DNA of 51,445 nucleotides from Nemertoderma westbladi (GCA_032718475.1 JAUCBJ010005152.1:1-51445), one strand, 5' to 3'. Counted from the first letter of the stretch, positions 21,586-33,890 are shown. Numbers and translations: made by a program. Notes: a model not told the origin generated them from the letters alone.

Positions 21586-23309
21586 AATGTGTATATAATG
21601 GCACTAGATGGTGTCAAAACCCTTAGTAAAGCATCGTCCAACCTAAATGGTCAACATTATACCGCAACCAACTTTATCAATAAAATATGGTGTTTTGAGC
21701 TAAAAATCGGTAAAATAAGTATTCCATAAAGGCAAAATTCATGCATGCATCAACAACAAATCATATTTCATGAAATGTAGTTTTCAAAAAGACATCTCAA
21801 ATGCCAAGTCGCAATCTCCAATGCTCAAATGCCAAAAGTGCCACAAGTAGGATTACAAAATAGTGCAGTACAGTCCATATCTCATTCTAGATACCGTTTC
21901 TCAAACTGGGTACCTTTTCTCTTACCTCACTCTTACTAACTCAAACCTGTCTGGTTTACTCAAACCCAACTCAAACTCGCGTAACCACCCACTGTGCACT
22001 GTGTAGCATTCATACAACAAGCTGTCTGTGTTTAATGGCCCACTCGCTTCTGTTATACTCTGCCTACGGGTTTGATGGTCTCCTGCTGTTATAACATTCC
22101 CTAAACTTGATTTGTTTGTGTGTAATTAACTCCAGTAGACAGTGAGAATTAAGTTGCAGACTCAGTGACTCAATTTATTTTTAAATTTCAGAATAAAAAA
22201 AATATATGCTAAATTATAAACTGACGATTTATTAATTTTTTATTACATTTATTAAGTATGTATGACTCATAACATATTAACGTTATTTTACATTAAAATA
22301 TAACCATATAATATAACCAACCAATTTTATAAATTTATTTTAATGTCGCGTATATTTCGCTAATGTTTCTAATGTTTAACTTTAATGTTTTACTAATGTT
22401 TAATTCTCTATTACATCGTCAACACAATTATTCGCAATACATCTGGGTGTGGGTATACCGGGCAAAGGGGCCAGAGAAACGAAACCTCTGTAATTATAGA
22501 CAGGGCCATATTTATGGGAGGGGGGGGGGGGGGGGGGGGTGTTGCGAGGTCTAATTCTTAATTAACCAGTAGATTTTTAAACTGATATGTCTTGTAAGGC
22601 ACCAAATTGACATCAAACAGACAGATAACAGAGCAACAATTTCCCACAACAATATGATCCCAGAATTAAAACTTTCTCTACAAACAGACCGAGCCAGTGT
22701 GGTTTAGTTAACAACATACATTTAGTAAAGCCCACAAAGGAACTGCGTGATTGACATGTCTTTTATGAGACACACGCCAAGCCGGCCTGCCCAGCTTACC
22801 GGCCGGCCAAACATCAGACAGAGGCCCCTTCCCCATGTGGTGCCTCACTACTCAACCAGAGTAATTATCCATCCCGTACAGGAAGAGTAATGCTGAGTAT
22901 GGCACAGTTGGAAGTCAACCTAACTCAAACCATGGCGCCAGACTCTAGTTTGAGTTAGATTGAGCTGGCTGCATCTTTCTGATTTCTCAACTCTTACCCC
23001 AGTCTTACCTACTGAAATTCTCCGTTGACTATCATTAGTAAAAGGTTTGAGAAATGATACCCAGTTTGAGAAATAATATTCAGAATGAGATAGGGACTGT
23101 ATGGTTGTAGGAGTATAAGTCCTTTCGTCTTGTATTGAACTAATAATAATGTATTGTTGGTGGAGTTTCTTCAAAGAAGCCGAACTTCCCCACTGGGCCG
23201 TTGATGTATTTGAATTTTGAACGTTTAGTAGAAGGTATAAAATATGGTTGCGACTCCCATGTTTGTAGGAGTATAAGTATCGGGAGAATAAATGGAAAAA
23301 TTATGTTGC

Positions 23310-23363
23310 GCTTCTTAAAAGTTAATTTGTTATCATCGGATAACAAATTAACTTTTAAGAAGC
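23310..23363. repeat. Perfect 25-bp inverted repeat with 4-nt loop
   Basis: GCTTCTTAAAAGTTAATTTGTTATC-ATCG-GATAACAAATTAACTTTTAAGAAGC. Confidence 0.9.
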
Positions 23364-23399
23364 TAAATTAATTAATCAAAAACTAAAGGTAAGAATTTA

Positions 23400-26300
23400 C
23401 ATACTGTTTTGTACATTTAGGTTCGCCGTCGTCGTTTTCTACTGTCGTCGTCTGAGTAACACTTGTCAATGTGATTGTCTGAGTTACATTTGTCAATGTG
23501 ATTGTCTGAGTTACATTTGCCGTTGTGTTCAACTGTGTTGCCCTTGCCGCAGTGTTCATCTGAGTTGTACTTCCCATTGTGTTCGTCTGAGTTACACTTG
23601 TCAATGTGATTGTCTGAGTTACATTTGCTGTTGTGTTAATCTGTGGTGCCCTTGCCGCAGTGTTCACCTGATATGTACTTGCCATTGTGTTCGTCTGAGT
23701 TACACTTGCCAATGTGATTGTCGGAGTTACATTTGTCATGCGATAGTCTGAGTTACATTTGCCATTGTGTTTATCTGTGTTGCCTTTGCCGCAGTGTTCA
23801 TCTGAGTTGTACTTACCATTGTGTTCGTCTGAGTAACACTTGTCAATGTGATTGTCTGAGTTACATTTGTCATGTGATAGTCTGAGTTACATTATTGTCA
23901 TTTGATAGTCTGAGTTACATTTTTATTGTCATTTGATAGTCTGAGTTACATTTGCCGTTGTGTTCATCTGTGTTGCCCTTGCCGCAGTGTTCATCTGAGT
24001 TGTACTTTCCATTGTGTTCGTCTGAGTTACATTTGCCAATGTGATTGTCTGAGTTACATTTGTCAATGTGATTGTCTGAGTTACATTTGCCGTTGTGTTC
24101 ATTTGTGTTGTCCTTGCCGCGGTGTTCATCTGAGTTTTACTTGCCATTGCGTTCGACCGAGTAACACTTGCCAATGTGATTGCCTGAGTTACATTTGTCA
24201 ATGTGATTATCTGAGTTACATTTGCCGTTGTGTTCATCTGTGTTGCCCTTGCGGCAGTGTTAATCTGAGATGTACTTGCCATTGTGTTCATCTAAGTTAC
24301 ACTTGTCAATGTGATTGTCAGAGTTACATTTGCCGTTGTGTTCAACTGTGTTGCCCTTGCCGCAGTGTTCATCTGAGTTGTACTTGCCATTGTGTTCGTC
24401 TGAGTAACACTTGCCAATGTGATTGTCTGAGTTAAATTTGTCAATGTGATTGTCTGAGTTACATTTAACGTTGTGTTCATCTGTGTTGCCCTTGCCGCAG
24501 TGTTCATCTGAGTTGTACTTGCCATTGTGTTCGTCTGAGTAACACTTGCCAATGTGATTGTCTGAGTTACATTTGCCGTTGTGTTCATCTGTGTTGCCCT
24601 TGCCGCAGTGTTCATCTGAGTTGTACTTGCCATTGTGTTCGTCTGAGTAACACTTGCCATTGTGTTGGTCTGAGTTACATTTGTCATGTGATAGTCTGAG
24701 TTACACTTGCCAATGTGATTGTCTGAGTTACATTTGCCGTTGTGTTCATCTGTGTTGCCCTTGCCGCAGTGTTCATATGAGTTGTACTTGCCATTGTGTT
24801 CCTATGAGTTACACTTGCCAATGTGATTGTCTGAGTTACATTTGCCGTGCGATAGTCTGAGTTACATTTAACGTTGTGTTCATCTGTGTTGCCCTTGCCG
24901 CAGTGTTCATATGAGTTGTACTTGCCATTGTGTTCCTATGAGTTACACTTGCCAATGCGATTGTCTGAATTACATTTGCCGTTGTGTTCATCTGAGTTGC
25001 ACTTGACATTGTGTTTGTCTGAGTTACACTTGTCAATGTGATTGTCTGAGTTACATTTGCCGTTGTGTTTATCTGTGTTGCCCTTGCCGCAGTGTTCATA
25101 TGAGTTGTACTTGCCATTGTGTTCGTCTGAGTTACATTTGCCAATGTGGTGTTCGGACACTTCCCCCCCCCCCCCCCGGATACTTCCCCCCCGGACAGTT
25201 CCCCCCCGCTCAAGTAGGACACTTCCCCCCCGGACACTTCCCCCCCAGACACTTCCCCCCCGCGGACACTTCCCCCCCGACTGTTCTTAACTTCGCACAT
25301 TCGTATTTTTCATTTTGTAAGGTAAACGGACCGCTTGTATCCAGATAAGTTGTATCCAATTTTCCTTTCGTAGCTCAGAAAGTGATCTTTTGCATCCCGA
25401 TTTTACATTTTATATCCAAGTTTTATTTATGGGTTTTATCAATGCAATTACATCGTATTGTTTGCTAATCTTTAAACAATTAATTATATTAGATGACCTA
25501 TAAATTCCATCCCCGGAATGATATACTGTTTTTATTAACTATAGAATTATAATAATTAATTGTTTTAATTATAGGTATTATTATGTAATAGTCTTCTTCA
25601 AATTGTAGCAGATGGGGATGAATATTATTGTTGCAATCAAAATTATACCTCTCTATGGTAAAATCGACATGCGTCGACCTGTATTCTGTGTTCAGCATTG
25701 CATATTGATATACATATTACTACTATACATACTATATAGATATTATACACACTACATATTAAATTTCCTGGTTACTTGCAATATTTATAATAGGATTTTG
25801 TTGAATTATATAATATTGTAGTAATTTATATATTAAATTGGTTAACATTCAATACAGCTCCTACTTTAGGCTTAGTCAATTTATTATCTGATGATACAAA
25901 CATGAATTAATTATTTCAAAGTGGTCTTAAGTCTTTCACCACGGGCACTCAGGGAAATGCCGGGGTCTGGGGGCAATAACCCCCAAGAAAAGAAGCGGGG
26001 GTTTGGGGGCGGCAATTCCCAAGATAAGAAGTGGGGGTTTGGGGGCGGTAGCCCCCAACAAAAGAAGCGGGAGTTTGGGGGCGGCAGGCCCCAATTAAAA
26101 TAAATTAAAAGAATTAAAGGAATTAAAAGAAAAATAAACAAAATTTGACTATAAAAATGTTTCTTTTATAATTTTGAAAAAACTTGTCTAGATACAACTT
26201 GTCCTGTAACCATCTTTAACTTTTGTTTATTGCTTTGATGCACCCAGATTAATTTTAACACTTTAACTGGGGGGGAAGTGTCCGGGGGGCAAGTGTCCGG

Positions 26301-26619
26301 GGGGGGGGGGGAAGTGTCCGGGGGGGGAAGTGTCCTACTTGGGCGGGGGGAAGTGTCCGGGGGGGGAAGTGTCCTAGATCCTCCAATGTGATTGTCTGAG
26401 TAAAATTTCTCAATGTGATTGTCTGAGTTACACTTGCCAATGTGATTGTCTGAGTTACATTTGCCAATGTGATAGTCTGAGTTACATTTGCCGTTGTGTT
26501 CATCTGAGTTACACTTGTCATTGTGTTCATCTAAGTTACACTTGTCAATGTGATAGTCTGCGTTGCACTTATTGTCATTTTGTTAGCCTTAGCAATTGGA
26601 GTTTACTGAGAATCGTATC
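23400..26619 (-). pseudogene. Thr-rich mucin-like 27-bp tandem array (9-aa units), disrupted and split by a MITE
   Basis: Units ANVTQTITL, ASVTQTNTM, ASTTQMNTA, ARATQMNTT with many NxT sequons at about 23450-25147 and 26382-26580; candidate acceptor TTTAG before 26619; TAA soon after it, internal TAG codons and several 26-bp units break the frame. The repeat is certain; coding origin is inferred. Confidence 0.6.
25148..26381. mobile_element. Non-autonomous Mutator/foldback-like element with subterminal GGACACTTCCCCCCC arrays
   Basis: Inverted arrays at 25155-25280 and 26268-26374; ends GGTGTTCGGACAC / GTGTCCTAGATCC; flanks TGCCAATGT and TCCAATGT (9-bp TSD with one base lost); the 27-bp array resumes on both sides. 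Confidence 0.82.
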
Positions 26620-26826
26620 CTAAATCAGAACTATAATTTAAGTATAATTATAATTAAATTATAATACAAATAAAATTAGAATCATAAGTAGGCCTATATC
26701 TATAATGAATGGTGTATGCCTATAAAGATTTGATAAAAACAATTGAATTTTAAACAATTAAATTTTCACTAATTCATAATTTACATCTCATTATTTACAG
26801 GAAAACAGAAAGAAAGGATAACGAGG

Positions 26827-26887
26827 ATGACGAAATTGGTAATAATCGCGGTGCTACTGTATGTTGCTTGTGCAACGGCTAATTCAG
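26827..26887 (+). CDS. Signal-peptide coding exon of a secreted host protein (MTKLVIIAVLLYVACATANS, phase-1 donor)
   Basis: Acceptor TTATTTACAG ending at 26800, ATG at 26827, basic-hydrophobic-small residue pattern, donor CAG|GTAATA at 26888. Confidence 0.65.
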
Positions 26888-26961
26888 GTAATATGACAGT
26901 TGCGGATATTTGTTTCGAATAAATGAGATTGGGATCCATTTGTTACACTATGTTACACGAA

Positions 26962-28089
26962 GTGGGGCCTTCGCGCAGCACGTGAAATGAGTTAATGCTA
27001 AGTATCAACTCGAAAGGATTATAAAAACATAGGAGAAGATTTTCCCGGAAAACGTTAACCCTCTAGCGGGAGACTGGGTAACTGAAGAAGGAAGGATTAG
27101 TTTCCCTACAAAGCCACAGCCTATGGTCTATTACATATCTACCAAGTTTCCGATTGACGGATCATAAATAACGAAATGTTGGAAGGTTTTCACTTTCATA
27201 CATTTAGCCCTCTAGCGGCATATTAAAGAACTACGGATCGATCACCTTCCTCACAAAGACGAGGCATGTGGTCTAGTACATACCGGTACTGTATATTCCA
27301 AAATTCAGCTTAAATAGATTAAGATCAAGGAATTCGCGAAGGTTATCACTTTCCTACATTTCGCCCTCTAGCGGCAGACTCGAAAACTCCGGACCGATTA
27401 CTGTCCACACAAAGACTTAGGATGTCTTCTAGTACATATATGACAAGTTTCAGCGTAATCAGATCATAAACAACTAAATGGAAGAATAATTTCACATTCG
27501 GGACATTTCGCCCTCTAGCGGCAGACTGGAGAACTGCAGACAGATTAGCCTCCTTTGAAATTTACAGCTAATGGTCTAGTACATACTTCCCAAGTTTCAG
27601 CTTAAACGGATTAAAAGCAAAGAAATGGGTGGCCATTTAATGTTTAGACATGTGGCCCTCTAGCGGGAGACTGGAAAACTTCGGACCGATTACAATCCAC
27701 ACAAAGACTCAGGATGTCACCTAGTACATATATGACAAGTTTCAGCGTAATCAGATCATAAACAACTAAATGGAAGAATAATTTCACATTCGGGACATTT
27801 CGCCCTCTAGCGGCAGACTGGAGAACTGCAGACAGATTAGCCTCCTTTGAAATTTACAGCTAATGGTCTAGTACATACTTCCCAAGTTTCAGCTTAAACG
27901 GATTAAAAGCAAAGAAATGGGTGGCCATTTAATGTTTAGACATGTGGCCCTCTAGCGGGAGACCATTGCACTGATGGTGTCTGAAAGTCTCTTAAAAATC
28001 TCAACTTTTGCTCATATTGATACCTACAAATTTTCAACTTGGCAGCTTTAAATCCGACAAAGTTATTAGCATGTCAAAATCGTAACGAC

Positions 28090-28121
<32 letters not shown>

Positions 28122-28224
28122 CAACGACGACGACGACGACGACGACAACTATTTGCATAAATTGACCCACCCCCTAACAGTGTCAATTCGCTAAGGCTCC
28201 GCCAACTTCGTGGCTCACCCCACA
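26962..28224 (-). mobile_element. Helentron-associated (HINE/DINE-1-like) element with central ~120-bp tandem repeats and (ACG)n microsatellite
   Basis: Short inverted ends GTGGGG / CCCCAC; CCCTCTAGCGG..GGTCTAGTACATA..CAAGTTTCAGC units about every 120-150 bp from 27058 to 27960, including a near-exact ~300-bp duplication; (ACG)n at 28085-28147; terminus CTTCGTGGCTC.CCCCACA shared with copies at 41033, 44818 and 50378. Confidence 0.65.
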
Positions 28225-28289
28225 CCCTTTATCACTACAGGTTAATAAGTCATTACCGATTTGTACGCTTGGTGGCGCTAACTGATTCA

Positions 28290-28391
28290 TATGAGTCATC
28301 CATCAGCTGGTTTGCAACTAGCCTTTCAGTCAACTTAGATAAGTATATTAGATTCGAAACTGGTCTAAAGTTCTTTAATAGGGTTGTCCTT
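28290..28391 (-). mobile_element. CR1/L2-type LINE RT fragment
   Basis: LKNFRPVSNLIYLSKLTERLVANQL matches the NYRPxSxL..LSK..E non-LTR RT motif. Confidence 0.7.
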
Positions 28392-28794
28392 GGATACCGG
28401 AGGCGCGGGAGGGTTGCCCGTGGAAACCGGATGCGCGTGTGCGTTGCCCATGGAAACCAGAGGCGCGGGAGGGTTGTCCGTGGAAACCGGAGGCGCGGGA
28501 GGATTGCCCATAGAAACCGGAGGCGTGGGAGGGTTGTCCATAGAAACCGGAGGCGCGGGAGGGTTACTCGTGGAAACGGAGGCGCGGGAGGGTTTCCCGT
28601 GGAAACCGGAGTCGCGGGTGCGTTGTCCATGGAAACCATAGGCGCGGGAGGGTTACTCGTGGAAACGGAGGCGCGAGAGGGTTGCCCGTGGAAACCGGAG
28701 TCGCGGGTGCGTTGTCCATGGAAACCAGAGGCGCGGGAGGGTTGCCCATGGAAACCGGAGGCGTGGGAGGGTTGCCCGTGGAAACCGGAGGCGC
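28392..28794. repeat. GC-rich 30-bp minisatellite (about 13 units)
   Basis: GGAAACCGGAGGCGCGGGAGGGTTGCCCGT and variants in tandem; explains the overlapping ORFs on both strands. Confidence 0.92.
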
Positions 28795-29149
28795 AATTAT
28801 ATCTGGTTATATATATATATGATTATTTCTATCAATTTCTTTCCGAAATAATCGTAAGATCCGGATTTATTATTGTTTTGTAAATCTCAAATTTTGTTCG
28901 TGTTTGAGGTTTATTTATTACACGAATCTTCACTGATTCAATAGAAAAATCATTAATGTTGATTGTAATTGAATTTTGTAGTAACTTAAGACACAGTTAT
29001 GGGTTTCACCCAGACCGTTGACCAGACCTCAGACCTTCACTAAGACCGTTTTCATGTTCCCGTCCTCACTAAAAGGTCCACCGAGATAAATATATTCAGT
29101 ACAATGTAAAATAGTCGTTTCCCTCGCTGAAATCGGTTTTCGATCACCT

Positions 29150-31480
29150 TCGTTACCACTGATAACAAAAAATTTCGTCTTTTTTTATTGATAACCATTC
29201 CAAATTATCTATAGTACTGGTCCACTATTAAAAACTTTTTCACACATGCTTCGCGCGTAGTCGAAAGTACCACTGAGTCATCCATTAACAGGAGAACTTG
29301 TAGCACACCTAAATACCCATCAGTTGCAAAAGCCGATTTTATTTTCAGTACAAGAAAGTTTAAATATAAGCAAAAGAAAGTTACACTTGTCGGGGCACCT
29401 TGTCTAACCCCCACCATAGAGATAATTATAGCATCCCCTAAAATATTTTTCGTACAATTATGCATAGCTTTAACAGCATAAATCATTTTTCTACCGCAAC
29501 CTGACTTCGTAAACATTCTAATATTTTCATTCTAGGTTCTAGATCGTATGCTTTACGGAAATCAATAAAAATAATGAAAAGTTAAAATCGTTTCCTAACT
29601 GCTAAATCAATCAAAAGCCTTAGCGTGACTATTTGCTCACTACAACCCCTATTCTATTTACCACCTGCTTGTCAACTAGGGGCCGTCCAAGTATGACGTC
29701 TGCACTTTTCCCCAAAATGTTGACCCCCTCCCTCCCCTAAATCAGATATCATCAGATAGGCATTGACCCCCCCCCCCCCCCTAAATCAGATTAAAAAAAA
29801 TTTCGCGTCCTAATCACTGAAACATGGTGACTGGTAACTGAAACAGAAGGTCGTGGTGACTGGTAACTGAAACAGAAGGTCCTGCTATGGGCCTTCGGGG
29901 GCTTCGAACAATTAAAATAGGCAAGCTATTTACTCTTCTGCTATATCTCTTCTAGCACCTATAAATTAACATGCTGACGTCAGATTTTGGCTGACCCCCT
30001 CCCCTCCCCTCATCAGCACGTCATCAGATTTTCCCAACCCCCCTCCCCCCCCTAAAGTGCTGACGTCATACTTGGACGGCCCCCTATCAACATTAAACCA
30101 TTGTTTTAAACGTGTATTAATCAAGTGGTCATATAACTTTCCAAGAGATTTTAGAATACTAAAATACCCCGGTAATTATTAGTAGACATACAGCACCCAG
30201 ACAGACTTATATAGCGAAATTAGTTTGCTACAACACCAATTTGTTGGGTACCATAAAGTATTTTGAAATACTAAATTTAAAATTGCCAGCAAGAATAACA
30301 ACCAAGTTCCAGGCAATTTTCCGATCAGACCATACTGGAAGCAACGAAAGATTTATTTACTTTCACATCTGCTAGTGTTTCTGCTAATTCGGCTTCGGTG
30401 AAGTCATCATCCAGGCTGGGTATATATGGCGCGGAATCCAGATGGCAGTTTGGATCTAGCAAGTGCTCGGGTTCCGTATTCAATAACTCCTCGAAATGGC
30501 TTTGAAATTGGATATCTGAAGGTCGTTGTCGTGTGTCTGCCAGTGCATCCATATTAATTTGGCCCTTCCATTTTATTGCAGTCCAAATCTTTTTTGCGTC
30601 ATTTTCAGATAATAAACTCTCCCACCGTGAGAACTGGCTAGTCTGGCTAGTATTACAATGGGTAATTTTATTTGTCTTCTTAGATGACTTCACACACTCA
30701 GATACACTTTTGTTAAATTCGTTAACCATAGTTTCCTTCCAGTTCCAATAAAGTTTTCCCAACATTGAGGCTAGACAAATCTCCCATTCTAGAGTTCAGA
30801 TCTCTGCATAAGACAATATTGTCAGATTCTAATAACTTCGCCTGCAGGTGTGCAAAGTATTTTACATCAAAACATGGCGATGGATTGGGAGTATGTATAC
30901 CCCACCAAGCACGCAGTTTGGAAGACATCCGAGTTTTAAAAGTATGAACCCCTCGTTTGAGTATTCTAACCAAGTGATATCATTCTCTAATCCATTCTTC
31001 ACGAAGAGAGCTTCTCCTCCCCGCTTAGAGTTCGATGCTAAGTTCGAGACACATTTGAACCCCGGTAGAAACAGTTTCTTTGAAGTCTTAGTTTCAAACA
31101 CAAACACTATTTCATACTCACCAAAATACTATGTCATACTCACATACACCACAAGAGTTCACAAGCCTGTAAAAGTCTGTTTCCAATACTGTGTCCCACG
31201 TTGTGCTAGAGAGGGATGCCATTGAATCTATCAATGACAACTTTGTCTCTCAGAAGTACACGAGTCCGGTAGTCGAGCTTTATCTCGCATCCCTGACTTT
31301 CCGGTCTTCTCGTTCCTCTTTTTCACAGTTTCTTAGGTGACCCATCTCTTTCCGTACAGTTGGGTGAACGTCCTCTTGTTTACATATACTCGGTTCCATG
31401 GTCAGCGACTTTCTTTAGATTCCTTGCATAATCTAGTATCTGGTTCCGAACTTTAACTTTATCTGCGAGATCTGAAGTTT
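29150..31480 (-). mobile_element. Degraded LINE (ORF1 tail, APE endonuclease, RT), internally deleted
   Basis: APE-like FVFETK..., KRGGEALFVK, VLGGVYI, IVLCRDLNSRMG; RT RGCSEQIVTLRLLID, FIDFRKAYD, GVRQGAPTS, LLLMDDSVVL; many frameshifts and stops. Confidence 0.85.
29679..30083. mobile_element. PIF/Harbinger-like MITE inserted in the LINE
   Basis: TIR GGGGCCGTCCAAGTATGACGTC(T/A)GCACTTT and its inverse at 30053-30083; 3-bp TSD CTA (29676-29678, 30084-30086). Confidence 0.85.
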
Positions 31481-32196
31481 GTTAATTTGTGTGTCGCTCA
31501 AGACCCGTGCCTCTTCTATGGTAGTTCCCCCTCCCCATTGGTTTACCGGGGGCGTCGTCATAATAAATACCCCTTCCGCCTTCAGTTTTTTAGTTTATAC
31601 TCCTTGCGGGCAGTTTGGTAAGGTGCTGCACAATATGGCACTACAAGCAGTATCAGTACCCAGTACGGCAGTACACAGCACAGGGTTCACCGAAGTATCG
31701 GGTTGCAGTCAATCTGTTTGAGTTGACATTTCCTCACCATAACTACGACATGTTCGAGCAAGGGCGTACCGAAGGGGGTGGTAGTGGTGGTATTTACCAC
31801 CCCTATAAAAATTCAACATATACTGTATATATTCATCAATTAAATATTATTGGTGTTATGGGTTATTGTGAGAGTTCACCCCAGGTCCCGGGATTCAGGG
31901 TCGATATGGTTTGTCGTAAATATACAATTTCTTAAAGTTACAGACTTTATTTTCATTTGCTAAAAGTATCAGCGACAATACATACGGAAATACTACATAA
32001 ATACAAAAACAAAACCTACACCAACCCACAACCTCGGACTCTACACTCTCGATACGTTACTGCCTATATCAAACCCCGTGCACAGAGCTCCAAATAGATG
32101 TAAACCACAGCTGTTTTACCTGTTAAGTGAATACAGGCTGTTAGCGGTAAGCCTAACAATAGGCTGTTAAGTGAATACAGGCTGTTAGCGGTAAGC

Positions 32197-33840
32197 CTAA
32201 CAATAGAGTGACACATTTCCATCTGGGTCCACAATAGAGCTCTGCACAATATCCCAAATCAACTCAACCAATATCCCCAGGATGAGGCAGCCTATGAGAC
32301 GTACTATCACATCTCCCCCCTCCTTAAAAAGTATCGTCCTCGAGCTATCATACCCCCTATCCTGCAATTTGATTGTGAGATGCATATCAGGCCTATCTGT
32401 GTTTGGTGCTGAATACATAGTTTGACCTTGTGTGTGTTGTTGTCCATACGAGTTGTTGTTTGTATTAGATGCACGGGGTTGCATACAGTTACGGCTTAAG
32501 TGCCCCACCCGTCCACAATTATAGCAGTCTCGAGTCTCACTCTGATATTGCTGATAAGGCTGTCGGTTGTACGTTTGATTAACTGCATTGCGTGGGTACC
32601 AGTACGATCTGTCGTTGGTTCTAGAATCTGGCATGTCTTGTCTAAATGGGTTGGTGTTATTATACCTAGGTTGAGGGTCACTAATTGAACTACGTTTTGG
32701 TGCAGTTTGTAACTCAGTTAACTGTTTCTGTAGTTTAACTAATTCTGCTTCAAGATATGAATTATTATTGTTATTATTATTACCTGTTGGGGTAGACTTA
32801 ATGTCAGATCGTGGGTTAAAAGTCTCCCTGTTATTGTCACGTTGTTGCAAGTCCCTAGTATTCTTATTCGTCCAATAATTATTGCCAACAGGGATACATG
32901 TCTCGGTTTTATTTCCCCACCCAGTAGAACCCAAATTTGATTCTTGGAGAAGATACAGTTCTTCGCGTTTTGCACGTCGAACTGCTTCTTCGAAACATTT
33001 TGGCTCAGTAAGTCTAATATTTCTGACTAAATCGGGAGATATTCCTCGAAAAAACATCGGTAAAAGTAATTTTTCCCTCTCTTCGATAGCCATAGATGGA
33101 AATGACTGCTGCCCCAACCTATGTAAATCTGTAGCATAATCACCAACACTTTCCCCTACTCTCTGTCTACGATCTAGCAAACAATTATATAAAAAGGCCG
33201 TGTCTTGTGGGCCAAACTTTGCACGTAATGCGGTACAAATTTCCAAAAAATTTTCCTGGTCATCGGTAGAAAGTTCATCTAATACACGTGCTGCTGCACC
33301 TACAATATAAATTGGGACAATCTTACCAAGCATTTCATTAGTCCACTCACGGAGTTTTGCAATCCTGTTGACCGACTTGATCCATGCATCAACATCCCCA
33401 GTCCCATCAAAAGAATCCGGTTCTTTACGAATTCCATCAGCCATCATTGAGTTTGTCGGTGGGTTCGTTGGCGGGTTCGAAGTCGAGTTCGTTGGCGGGT
33501 TCTTTGGCGGGTTCGAAGTCGAGTTCGTTGGCGGGTTCGAAGTCGAGTTCGTTGGCGGGTTCGAAGTCGAGTTCGTTGGCGGGTTCTTTGGCGGGTTCGA
33601 AGTCGAAACGTTTGTTGGATCCAGCGTTGAATACACGATGGCGTCGAGATTCTCATGGAGAACAGCAGATCGCGAATGTAAATGACTTTCAGTTTGTAGT
33701 GAATTAGATCGAGCACGTTGAATTCTTCGGGTCCTCGAATCGCTAGGAAGTTTGAGACTTGCCGAATTAGCGCGACTACGAGTGTTAACGTTAGCTTTCA
33801 AAGATACTTTAGCTTTTGGTATTCGTGTTGAGGTTGACAT
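32197..33840 (-). CDS. gag: Retrotransposon Gag (capsid + CCHC knuckle), running through the PPT into the 3' LTR
   Basis: Uninterrupted ORF; PDSFDGTGDVDAW, RRQRVGESVGDYATDL (major-homology-like), CYNCGRVGHLSRNC; ends with pol-terminus-like RTILFKEGGDV. First ATG 33840, alternative 33447; TNSTSNPP 24-bp repeats at about 33455-33605. Confidence 0.88.
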   Translation of the reverse strand: MSTSTRIPKAKVSLKANVNTRSRANSASLKLPSDSRTRRIQRARSNSLQTESHLHSRSAVLHENLDAIVYSTLDPTNVSTSNPPKNPPTNSTSNPPTNSTSNPPTNSTSNPPKNPPTNSTSNPPTNPPTNSMMADGIRKEPDSFDGTGDVDAWIKSVNRIAKLREWTNEMLGKIVPIYIVGAAARVLDELSTDDQENFLEICTALRAKFGPQDTAFLYNCLLDRRQRVGESVGDYATDLHRLGQQSFPSMAIEEREKLLLPMFFRGISPDLVRNIRLTEPKCFEEAVRRAKREELYLLQESNLGSTGWGNKTETCIPVGNNYWTNKNTRDLQQRDNNRETFNPRSDIKSTPTGNNNNNNNSYLEAELVKLQKQLTELQTAPKRSSISDPQPRYNNTNPFRQDMPDSRTNDRSYWYPRNAVNQTYNRQPYQQYQSETRDCYNCGRVGHLSRNCMQPRASNTNNNSYGQQHTQGQTMYSAPNTDRPDMHLTIKLQDRGYDSSRTILFKEGGDVIVRLIGCLILGILVELIWDIVQSSIVDPDGNVSLYC

Positions 33841-33872
33841 CCAAGGAACGGTAGCCGCTTGTCGATAAACAC

Positions 33873-33890
33873 CTCCCGGACGGGCCCCCA
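33873..33890 (-). promoter_or_regulatory. tRNA-Pro primer-binding site
   Basis: TGGGGGCCCGTCCGGGAG, 2 nt after the 5' LTR; 16/18 match to the canonical Pro PBS TGGGGGCTCGTCCGGGAT. Confidence 0.88.

Noticed and set aside
23926-24860. Cys-rich metallothionein/keratin-associated-like ORFs on the plus strand
   Set aside because: Antisense shadow of the 27-bp array; the minus frame has a more coherent composition and an in-frame non-repetitive tail, though neither is proven coding.
27058-27960. CRISPR-like repeat-spacer array
   Set aside because: Eukaryotic context, the intervening sequences are homologous to each other, period is ~120-150 bp and no cas genes are present.
28253-28883. Arg-rich and Gly-rich ORFs of 61-204 aa
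   Set aside because: Produced by a stop-poor 30-bp minisatellite.
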